Below, piece after piece: positions 12,571 to 22,600 of a stretch of DNA of 64,000 bases. The notes below the pieces were generated by a model. The model saw only the letters and a program-made list of their open reading frames with translations. It searched no databases and was not told where the DNA came from. The translations under genes and the position numbers were made by a program. Origin of the DNA: Mobula hypostoma (taxonomy: Eukaryota); NCBI RefSeq assembly GCF_963921235.1, contig NC_086097.1:211236001-211300000 (forward strand). Reading direction: 5' to 3'. Within the stretch, counting starts at the first letter, position 1. Each line of letters opens with the position of its first letter.

Positions 12571-14660
12571 GTGTTGGTGCGTTCCTCTGTGCCTCTGGTT
12601 GGAAACCATATTGGACCAAGGAAGGAACTTGCTGCTGTGAGGAAACATCAAACTGACAAAAACAGTGGTCCAACTACAACAGCTTTTGCAGAATCAAAAT
12701 CAGAATCAGGCTTGTTATCACTGGCATATGTTGTGAAATTTGTTAACTTAGCAGCAACAGTTCAATGCAATACACAATGTAGAAGAAAAATAAATAAATA
12801 AATAAATAAAACAATTACAGTATACGTATATTGAATAGATTAAAAATCATGCAAAAATCTGAAATAATATATATTTTAAAACTGAGATAGCGTTCAAGGG
12901 TTCAATATCCACTTAGGAATTGGATGGCAGAGGGGAAGAAGCTGTTCCTGAATCGCTGAGTGTGTGCCTTCAGGCTTCTGTACCTCCTACCTGATGGTAA
13001 CAGTGAGAAAAGGGTATGTCCTGGGTGCTGGAGGTCCTTAATAATGGATGCTGCCTTCCTGAGACAGGACTCCTTGAAGATGTCCTAGGTACTTTGTAGG
13101 CTAGTACCCAAGATGGAGCCACCTAAATTTACAACTCTCTGCAGCTTCTTTGGGTCCTGTGCAGTAGCCCCCTGCCCCCACCCATACCAAAGAGTGATGC
13201 AGCCTGTCAGAATGCTCTCCACGGTACATCTATAGAAGTTTTTGAGTGTATTTGTTGACATGCCAAATATCTTCAAACTCCTAATAAAGTATAGCTGCTG
13301 TCTTGCCTTCTTTATAACTGCATCAATATGTTGGAACCATGTTAGATTCTCAGAGATCTTGACACCCAGGAACTTGAAACTGCTCACTCTCTCCACTTCT
13401 GATCCCTCTATGAGGATTGGTATGTGTTCCTTCATCTTACCCTTCCTGAAGTCCACAATCAGCTCTTTCGTCTTACTGATGTTGAGTGCCAGGTTGTTGC
13501 TGCGACACCACTCCACCAGTTAGCATACCTTACTCCTGTATGCCCTCTCGTCACCACCTGAGATTCTACCAACAACAGTTGTATCATCAGCAAATTTATA
13601 GATGGTATTTGAGCTATGCCTATACCACACAGTCATGGGTATAGAAAGAGTAGAGCAGTGGGCTAAACACACTCCCCTGAGGTGCACAAGTGTTGATCAT
13701 CAGCGAGGAGGAGTTATTATCACCAATCTGCACAGATTGTGGTCTTCCAGTTAGGAAGTCGAGGATCCAGTTACAGAGGGAGGTACAGAGCCCCAGATTC
13801 GGTAACTTCTCAATTAGGATTGTGGGAATGATGGTATTAATTGCTGAGCTATAGTCGATGAACAGCATCCTGACTTAGGTGTTCGTGTTGTCCAGGTGGT
13901 CTAAAGCCTTGTGAAGAGCCATTGAGATTGTATCTGCCATTGACTTATTGTGGCGATAGGCAAATTCCAATGGATCCAGGTCCTTGCTGAGGCAGGAGTT
14001 CAGTCTAGTCATGACCAACCTCTCAAAGCAATTTGCCTGTGGATGCTACCAGGCAATAGTCTTTAAGGCAGCTCACATTATTCTTCTTAGGCACTGGTAT
14101 AATTGTTGCCTTTTTGATGCAAGTGGGAACTCCTGCCCATAGCAGTGAGAGGTTGAAAATATCCTTGAATACTCTGCAGGCAACGTATCTGAGAAGGTTT
14201 CTGATATGTTAATCAGGCAAAATGTCACTTGGTTTTAAACTGGAAGAGAGTTCAAGCTTTAGGAAAGTTGCAAGCATTCATTTTTTGTGAGTGCAAAGAA
14301 CCAAAATCGACTTTGCGTGCATTAAGGTTATTACATGAACATAAGTGGGAGACAAAAAGCTGCCTGTAAAGGTGGATGCAAAGACCAAAGCCCAGCTGGC
14401 TGAATAGAAGGCCAAAAGAGAGGAGCCAGTGGAGATACAAACAGAGAGGATCGGTCAGATTATGTTGTGGATACAGAAACCAAGAAGGGAGATCAGATCA
14501 TAAAGGGAGCAATGGAAGGATTAATAAGAGAATACTCCAATGAACTAAATGGATCTTCCCAAGATCAAGATGAACAACTTGGAAGAAGAAAAAAGAGGGA
14601 CGAGATGGAGAGTAAGATAAAGAGAGAGATCGAAGTATATCCAGAGAGAGAAAAGGAGAA
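12571..14660 (+). pseudogene. RBM25: Processed (intron-less) RBM25 fragment inside the LTR element; pieces 12571-12691 and 14175-14660, split by a Rex1 insertion
   Basis: Translation VLV...VGNHIGPRKE...[81 protein letters not shown]...ETKKGDQIIKGAMEGLIREYSNELN matches the remembered vertebrate RBM25 RRM region (GPTTTVFVGNISEKASDMLIRQ...ESTLRALRLLH...VKVDAKTKAQLDEWKAK...DQMIKGAIEVLIREYSSELN). Stops and frameshifts present. Confidence 0.9.
12692..14174 (-). mobile_element. Rex1/Babar LINE, 5'-truncated
   Basis: RT motifs [23 protein letters not shown] and KFADDT; C-terminal WCRSNNLALNISKTKELIVDFRK; (GATTCT)n tail. TSD TGCAG at 12687-12691 and 14175-14179. Confidence 0.9.
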
Positions 14661-14754
14661 CAAAGGAGCGCAGAACTGTTAGAACCACTTTCTACGTTCT
14701 CAGAATCAACTCGTACAGCCACCACGGAGGAGGCCTCAGAACCTGCGAGGAACG

Positions 14755-15535
14755 AGTGCCACACCTCCTTCCTCAATACCACTTGGACTCCCAAACAGGC
14801 CCTCCAGGTGAGGCGGCACTTCACCTGTGAGTCTGTTGGGGTCATCTACTGTGTTCGGTACTCCCAGTGTGGCCTCTTGTATATCAATGAGGCCCGACAT
14901 AGATCGCTTTGCCAAGCACCTTCACTCCATAGCCACAAAAAGTAGGTTCTCCTGGGGCCATCCCTTTCAATTCTATTTCCCATTCCCATTCTGACATGTC
15001 TGTCCATGGCCTCTACTGCCACAATGAGGCCACACACTCAGGTTGGAGGAGCAGCACCTTATATTCTGTCTGGGTGGCCTCCAACCTGATGGCATGAACA
15101 TTGACCTCTCAAACTTCTGGTAATTGCCATCGCACCCACCCCGCTTCACCATTCCCCATACTTGTATCCCTTTCTCACCTTATCTCCTTACCTGCCCTTC
15201 ACCGCCCTCTGGTGCTCTTCCCCCTTCCCTTTCTTCCATGGCCTATCAGATTCCCACTTCTCCAGCCCTTTATCTCTTTCACCAGTCAACTTCCCAGCTC
15301 TTTACTCCAGACTCTCCCGGTTTCACCTGTTGCCTACCACCTCATATTTCTCCCTGCCCTCCCCCACCTTCTTGCTTCGACTTTTCCTCTTCCTTTCCAG
15401 TTCTCATGAAGGGTTTCAGCCTGAAATGCCAACAGTTTACTCTTTTCCATAGATAACACCTGACCTGCTGAGTTCCTCTACCATTTTATACGTGTTGCTT
15501 TGGATTTCCAGCATCTGCAGATCTTCTGGTGTTTC
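14755..15535 (+). mobile_element. Penelope-like element 3' part (GIY-YIG remnant and terminal repeat with degenerate hammerhead)
   Basis: QALQVRRHFTCESVGVIYC...LRLEEQHLIFCLG; colinear with 28770-29490. Confidence 0.85.
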
Positions 15536-15683
15536 TGATTAAATCTTTAGGCCTAAATGGTACAATTTAATATTTACTATGCTGTGAACATCTGTATGTA
15601 GTAGTTGTACTATATAATAGATTGTGTATATAGTTGAGGTGCATTCGATATTGAGTTGGAGTTTGTAGCTAAGCGGGGAGGTA

Positions 15684-15928
15684 TGTTGTGTACTTAATAT
15701 TTCAATACTAGTTGAGTAATCTTCTACATCCTTTGTTTCATTAAGAGTTCATGTTCATTAAATAATTAATTGCGGGTTATATGTAAAAATATATTAATTG
15801 CATACGTCATCACACTACCATGTGATCCACGCGCACCTTGCTGAAAGTAACGGAAAACTAGATCTGTATTCCCAAATTTGTGTTTTCATTTGAATGAATT
15901 TAATGTTTTGAAGTTACAAAACATAACA
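15684..15928 (+). repeat. 3' LTR of Gypsy element 1
   Basis: Direct repeat of 10790-11035, preceded by a polypurine tract. Confidence 0.9.
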
Positions 15929-16491
15929 GGCATGGAAGTAAGAGGGACAATCACTAGTACATTTAAGGTCTTAGTCGGTCAGCATTTTTAACCTTGTGCA
16001 CAGAATGCAAGATTTGTGTTGAACAATCTATTTCTGATGAACAAATCTCAAGCAACAGGATTTACTAAACCTGGCAGATTAAAAGATCATTTTATATTTA
16101 TTGGGTTCACTTTAGGTAATCAAGTAGATTTACCTGATATGAATCAAGCACCAGTAATGAACCTAACATAGCATGAGAGTTGTTACGTGGCTATAGCCTT
16201 TCTTGCAGTACATTCTGACAAGGTTAGCACTGATATCCCTTAGGATCACAGGCACCAGAGTGATGGTGATTTGCCAGAGTGATGGTCAGGGAATATAATG
16301 GTTTCCTAGTTGACATGGCAGAAGCCTTCACAGTGCCTTATTGCCATTCTCTTTATAAATCTACGCTAATAAAAAATCACATAATTGCAGTATTGCTTTA
16401 AAACCCAACTGGAATGCAGGTTTATAGGAAGCAATGAAGTGTGAAATACGTTGTTTAAAGATGCAAAATACAAGCTCTCTTGTAAGCCTAT

Positions 16492-17202
16492 TTCCATGCT
16501 TTTGATTTTTAACATTCCTCCGAATGTGGTCGTTGTTTTCATCAGCATAGTTGACATATTCACCCTAAAAAACAATTTGGAAATGATTCTAATGACTATT
16601 TCAGAATCAAGAAGAATACTAGGTTTTCTAATGAGCAGAATTATTCATCAGAACCCAATCTTAGTGTGAAGTCTCTTGTCAAACCATCCTGCAGAGTCCA
16701 CTGATTTACCAAAACCCCACCTGCTCACAATAGTCAATTTACATGCTTTTGATTTTTAGCATTCCTAGGTCTGTGACATTGTTTTTATCAGCACAGTTAA
16801 CACATCCACCCTAAAAAAACATTTGGAGATGTTTCGAAGTACTAACAAAAAATGCTGGAGGAACTCAGCAGGCCAAGCAGCATCGATGGAAAAGAGTAAA
16901 CAGTCGACGTTTTGGCCCAAGACCCTTCTTCAGGACTGGCTTTGGCCCAGAATATTGACTGTTTACTCTTTTCCATAGAAACTATCTGGCCTGCTGTGTT
17001 CGTCCAGCATTTTGAGTGTGTTACTTTGATTTCTAGCATCTACAGATTTTCTCTTGGTTCTAATGTTTCCAATGTTAATATCAGGATCAGGAAGATGCTG
17101 GATTTTTTTATGAGCAGAATAATTAATCAGAACATAACGTTCATGTGCAATCTCTTGACAATCCACCCTGCAGAGTCCACTGATTTACCAAACCCCCACC
17201 TC
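16492..17202. repeat. Local tandem duplication of a ~250-bp unit; copy 2 split by a Penelope-derived hairpin
   Basis: CATGCTTTTGATTTTTA...CACCCTAAAAAA...CCTGCAGAGTCCACTGATTTACCAAA.CCCCACCT occurs twice (16492-16722; 16741-16836 plus 17062-17202). Confidence 0.85.
16837..17061. mobile_element. Palindromic Penelope-derived mini-element (inverted terminal-repeat halves with a hammerhead remnant)
   Basis: AAAATGCTGGAGGAACTCAGCAGGCCA...(loop)...TGGCCTGCTG.GTTC.TCCAGCATTTT, flanked by the direct repeat ATGTTTC. Confidence 0.75.
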
Positions 17203-17744
17203 CAATTTGAAACTTTATCACCGAGCTTACACACTCCAATGTTGACTACTTGCTGAATGCATGAGGGCAGTGTAAATTATCCTTTCTGGATGGGACTGGA
17301 CTTTGTCCTAGAAATACTTCAGAGCTTTTCACAACCTACAAACTTCAAACTAAGAAGAAGTTCACAATCAATGTGTCTAAAATCTCTAGAGACTTATTAT
17401 AATGAACAGAAGGATCAATAAAGAAAAGCACGAGCCTAAGGTGGCTTTTAACTGCAGCTAAACATAATCCTGTGCTCGTTAAAGATGTAAAATTAATGAT
17501 GGGGATTGATTTTAAAATAACTATTATTACATTATTCATCTAAAAGGTATAAGGTGAAAATATTTGTGTCACAAAGAACAAAATATATCCTCTGAATTCT
17601 GCATTACTAGACCATAAGATCATAAAACCTGAAGATATAGGAGCAGAATTAGGCCATTCGGTCCATCGAATCTGTTCCACCATTTCATCCTGGCTGGCCC
17701 ATTTCCCTCTCAGCCCCAATCTCCTGCCTCCCCCAAATTCCTTC

Positions 17745-18765
17745 AGAATCAGAATCAGGTTTATTATCAGTGGCATGTGTCATGAGATTTGTTAACTTAG
17801 CAGCAGCAGTTCAATGCAATACATAAGATAGAAGAAAAAGAAAAAAATAAACAATAATAATAACAAATAAGTAAATCAATTTCAGTACATGTACAATGAA
17901 TAGATTAAAAACCGTGCAAAAACAGAAATAATACATATTAAAAAAGTGAGGTGGTGTTCATGGGATAAATGTCTATTTAGGCATCAGATGGCAGAGGGGA
18001 AGAAGCTGTTCCTGAATCGCTGAGTGTGTGCCTTCAGTCTTCCGTACCTCCTACCTGATGGTAACAGTGAGGAAAGGGCATGCCCTGGATGCTGGAGGTC
18101 CTTAATAATGGATGCTGCCTTTCTGAGATACCGCTCCTTGAAGGTATCCTGGGAACTTTGTAGGCTAGTACCCAAGATGGAGCTGACTAAATTTATGATC
18201 CTCTGCAGCTTCTTTCAGTCCTGTGCAGTAGCCCCTCCCATACCAGACAGTGACACAGCCCATCAGAATGCTCTGCACTGTACATCTATAAAAGTTTTTG
18301 AGTGTTCTTGTTGACATACCAAATCTCTTTAGACTGCAGCACCACTCCACTAGTTGGCATATCTCGTTCCTGTACACCCTCCCGTCACCAACTGAGATTC
18401 TACCATCAGTGGTTGTATCATCAGCAACTTTATAGATGGTATTTGAGCTATGCCTAGCCACACAGTCATGGGTATAGAAAGGGTAGAGCAGTGGGCTAAG
18501 CACACACCTCTGAGGTGCACTAGTGTTGATCGTCAGCAAGGAGGAGATACCATCGTCAATCCGCACAGATTGTGGTCTTCCAGTTAGGAAGTTGAGGATC
18601 CAATTGCAAAGGGAGGTACAGAGGCCCAGGTTCTGTAACTTCTCAATCAGGATTTTGGGAATGGTGGTGTTAAATGCTGAGCTATAGTCGATAGTCGATG
18701 AACAACATCCTGTTTGAATTGCCCGTGTGGTGAAAGGCCTTGTGAAGAGCGATTGAGATTGAGAT
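17745..18765 (-). mobile_element. Rex1/Babar LINE, internally deleted, inserted in a CR1 3' end (17610-17745)
   Basis: Same family as 12692-14174 ([38 protein letters not shown]); (GATTCT)n tail. Confidence 0.85.
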
Positions 18766-20197
18766 CAGAGTTGTATTATACATGCATACGTTGACAATAA
18801 AATGAACCTTTTAACCCCCCTAATTCTTCTGAATTTCAGTGAGTACAGGCCCAGAGCCATCAAACACTCTTCATACGATGAGCCTTTCAATCCTAGAATT
18901 GTTTTTGTAACCTTCTTTTGCACCCTCTCCAATGTCAACACATCCTTTCTATCGAGACCTTTCAACATTCAATAGGTTTCAATGAAATGTTTATGGGTCA
19001 TTATTGATATGTGAAGGTGGTCTTTGATTGCTATTGTAGCTGTTTTTTGCTGCAGGTGATGGGGGGGATTTTGGGTCTGTGAGTTTTGTTTCTTTTCTTA
19101 CTCATGCCGGTTGGGTGGGAGGAGTTGATGTTTTTCCTTTCATGAACTTGCATGGTTTCCTTCCATGGTTTTTCTGTATTTAATGGCTATCTGGAGAAGA
19201 TAAATATCAGATTTGTATTATACATGCATACTTTGACAATAAAATGAACCTTTGAACCCCCCCCCCGCCACCAATTCTTCTCAATTCCAGTGAGTGCAGG
19301 ACCAGAGCCATCAAACACCCTTCATATGATATGCCTTTTAATCCCGGAATCATTTTCATGAACCTCCTTTACACCCTCTCCAATGTCAACACATCCTTTC
19401 TTAGAATAGAGTCTCGCAGTCCTCCAAGTGAGGCCTCACCAGTGCCTTGTAAAGCCTCAACTACTAGCAGAGGTAGCAGAGTGGATAATGTAGTTTATTC
19501 CAACATCAATAACCAAGTGCCTGCATTAGGTGCGTTATAGCTGGAAATTTATTCTGCTACCTAGCCCATATCTTCCTGCAGTTTTGATGACACAGAATAC
19601 TGTACCACAAAGCTGACCTTGTTAGTGCTATAAACACAGAAAATAAAAAATATCTACCTGTAAAAAAGAATGGACAAGCTAGGAAACTGTTCTAGATCTT
19701 TCCATCCAGACCTATAGATTACTTGTTTACTATTAATGCTGACATGGAAATTCACAGGCCCAATATTTTTCCTCTGACACTCACTTCTCTGCTAAAATTT
19801 CAGCTCATTACTACAGTGGAAATATGACATATCTAGGAGAGTGACTGAAGTTTGTTTACTCTATTGACTCTAAAGAAGAAATAAAGTCTTCAAGTGGAGA
19901 AACTATATTTTTCCAATTTTCAAGTATTTTGTTGCCACTTAAGCTGCTGTTTAGTTGGTACTAGTTGTACTCATATTGTTCACAGCTGAATTCAGCTAAA
20001 TAACCCAGTTGTTTTTAAGTTGAACTGAAGTAGAGGTTGGAATTAATAAGTCACAGTTTAAGCAATACGTTTGATTTAATGGTTCTTTTAATGTCGCATC
20101 ATGGAATAGCTCAAAGATGTCAAATCAAGGATTTCAGGCCTCTGTAATGCCTGCATTCTTTGTCTATTTAAATGGATGGACAGAAGATTAGGTAACA

Positions 20198-20350
20198 TAC
20201 ATCAAAGTTGCTGGTGAACGCAGCAGGCCAAGCAGCATCTGTAGGAAGAGGTGCAGTCGACGTTTCAGGCCGAGACCCTTCGTCAGAACTAACTGAAGGA
20301 AGAGTGAGTAAGGGATATGAAAGTTGGAGGGGGAGGGGGAGATCCAAAAA
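20198..20350 (-). mobile_element. Penelope terminal-repeat fragment
   Basis: Reverse complement of the 29330-29490 terminal repeat. Confidence 0.85.
20255..20290 (-). ncRNA. Minimal type I hammerhead ribozyme (Penelope)
   Basis: AGTT-CTGACGA-AGGGTCTCGGCCT-GAAAC-GTC-GACT on the minus strand; catalytic core intact. Confidence 0.7.
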
Positions 20351-20479
20351 TTAGATATTTCTGTCTCAAAGTTTTCAACAACACTCTCTGTTTATTTCAT
20401 TCATATCAGTAAATTCAACCCACCCCTACCCCTCCACCTAATGAGCACAATTAAAAATGTCTTCTGAGCCTATGGACTG

Positions 20480-20715
20480 ATCGAAGTTCAATTCCTGCCA
20501 CTGCATGTAAGGTGTTGGTCACGTTCTCCCCATGACCGCATGAGTTTCCTCTTGGGGCTCCATTTTCCTCCAATGTTTCAAAGATGCAAGGTCAGGTTTG
20601 GGAGTTGTGGGCGTGCAGTGCTGGCGCTGGAAGAATGGCTGATTTGATTTGACACAAACAACGCAGTTCACTGTACGTTTCGATGTTTTGATGTACATGA
20701 CAAATAAAGTTAACT
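20480..20715 (+). mobile_element. V-SINE with non-CR1 tail
   Basis: GTTCAATTCC box B; GTTCTCCCCATGACCGCATGAGTTTCCTC core; tail GATGTACATGACAAATAAAG. Confidence 0.7.
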
Positions 20716-20819
20716 GTTAGAAGACCATATGGAGCTCTAATAGTTTCTGTCATCATTATCATCTGCACCTATTGCCGTGGAAGCACCCTCTAAACTCACA
20801 TTTTTAGCCCCGATAATAG

Positions 20820-22600
20820 TCGGACATGGATGGAGGGGTGGCTAATAAACAGAAAACCGAGAGTTGTGGTAAAGAACTCGTTTTCAAACTAGTAATGACG
20901 GGATTCTGGGCATTAGCTATTTATAATCTATGTTAATAGCTTGGATGAAGAGACAGAGTGTACTGCAGTCATACAATATGTGCCGATAATAAAAAGAAAG
21001 GTGGGTTGACAAAGGTTAAGCAAGTGGGGAAGAAAATAGCAAATGAATGGTACAATGGTGTGAGGTTAACCACCTGGAAAGGAAGAAAGAGAAAGCAAGT
21101 TGTTGGTTAAAAAGCATAGACTGCAAAAAGTTGGGGTACAACAAGATCTGGGGGTTCTGGCATATGAAACACAAAGGTTTAGCATGTAGAAGAAGCAAGT
21201 AATTAGAAGAGATCATCACCTCCCTCTGATGCTCCTCCCCCCTTTTTCTTTCTTCCACACTCTTCTGTCTCTTTCACCAATCAATTTCCCAGCTCTTCAC
21301 TTCATCCTTCCCCCTCCAAGTTTCACCTGTCACCTGGTGTTTCTCTCTCCCCTCCCCCCACTTTATAATCTATCCTCAGCTTTTCTCTCCAGTCCTGCCG
21401 AAGGGTTTTGGCCCGAAACGTCGACTGCATTTTTCTCAATAAATGCTGCCTGGCCTAATGAGTTCCTCCAGCACTTTGCGTGTGTTGCTAGGATTTCCGG
21501 CATCCGCAGATTTTCTCTTGTTTATAATTAGAAGAGATGATGGATGTCCTGATGAAAGGTCTCGGCCTGAAGTGTTGACTGATTACTCTTTTCCATGGAT
21601 GTTACCTGGCCTGCTGAGTTCCTCCAGCATTTTGAGTGTGTTACTTTGATTTCTAGTGTCTGCAGATTAGAGATAATGGAATGTTGGCCTTTATTGCAAG
21701 GGAGATAGAGTATGGAGTATGAAAGTTGGAAAAGTCTGACACAGCTTCACAAGTTGCCAGTGTGATAGTGCCACACAATAGTACTCAGAGTTATAGTTGC
21801 CACAATTGAGGAAAGATATGATTATAGTGGAGAGAGCAAAGAGAAGGTTAATTAAGTCTTTTTCCTGCAATGAAGGAATTGGTGTACAATGAAAAACTGA
21901 GTAGGTTAGGCCAATAATCATTAAAGTACAGAAGAGTAAGGACCAATCTTCTGAAAAGATACTGTGTAAGATTCTGTGGTGGATGCTGAAAGGACGTTTT
22001 CCTCCTATAGTTGTATCAAGATCTGAAGGACATGGTTATATAATAAGATGTTACCATTTAAGACAGAAATGAGGAAGAAATTGCTCTCCCAGAGAACTTT
22101 GGATGTTGGGAATGATTTACCCTGGAGAGCTGTGGAGGCCAGGTCACTGAACATAATCAGAGTTGAGTTTGATAAACAGAAAATCAAGATGTTTGGAAGA
22201 ATATGTGAGAGTGATATTCGGCCCAAGATTGTTGAGTGGTACAGTAGCTCAGCGAGAATAGCAATGCCTCAGATTGAGCACTGATCTGCAGTGTTGACTG
22301 TGTGGGATTTCCACATTCTCCTAATTACTACTTGGGTTTCCTCTGGTTTCTTGCCACATCCCAAAGATGTGTGGGATGGTATATTATGTAGCCATAGTAA
22401 ATTGTTCCCTGCGTGTGGGTGAACTGTGTTGATGGGAATTGGGATAGAATAAGTTACAGAGAATGCTAGCATGGAATAGGATTCTTTTATGAGGCTACAT
22501 AAATTCAGTGAGTCAAAATGGCCTCCTGTGAGGAAGTATTATTGAATGGCAGACACGCTCAAGGAGCGAGTGGCTCCTCTCCTGTTTTTAATGTCCTTGT
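20820..22600 (+). mobile_element. Old CR1 3' part interrupted by Penelope terminal repeats (~21210-21665) and a V-SINE (~22225-22530)
   Basis: Degenerate CR1 C-terminal coding sequence (FKTEMRK..SQR...WRAVEARSL). The Penelope insert has two hammerhead-like motifs at ~21391-21426 and ~21546-21581. Confidence 0.6.

Larger units (their letters stand above)
10790..15928 (+). mobile_element. Gypsy-type LTR retrotransposon 1, pol-deleted, carrying an RBM25 cDNA fragment
   Basis: TG...CA LTRs at 10790-11035 and 15684-15928; PBS-like TTGGTGATGA at 11036; PPT AAGCGGGGAGG before the 3' LTR; flanks GGCAC/GGCAT (TSD with one mismatch). gag and protease remnants present; no RT, RNaseH or integrase motifs. 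Confidence 0.9.

Noticed and set aside
12571..14660. RBM25 as a functional resident gene
   Set aside because: It is partial, intron-less, contains stops and frameshifts, is interrupted by Rex1 and lies between LTRs.
19560..19670. Minus-strand acceptor-like pyrimidine tracts (possible microexon)
   Set aside because: There is no convincing donor site.
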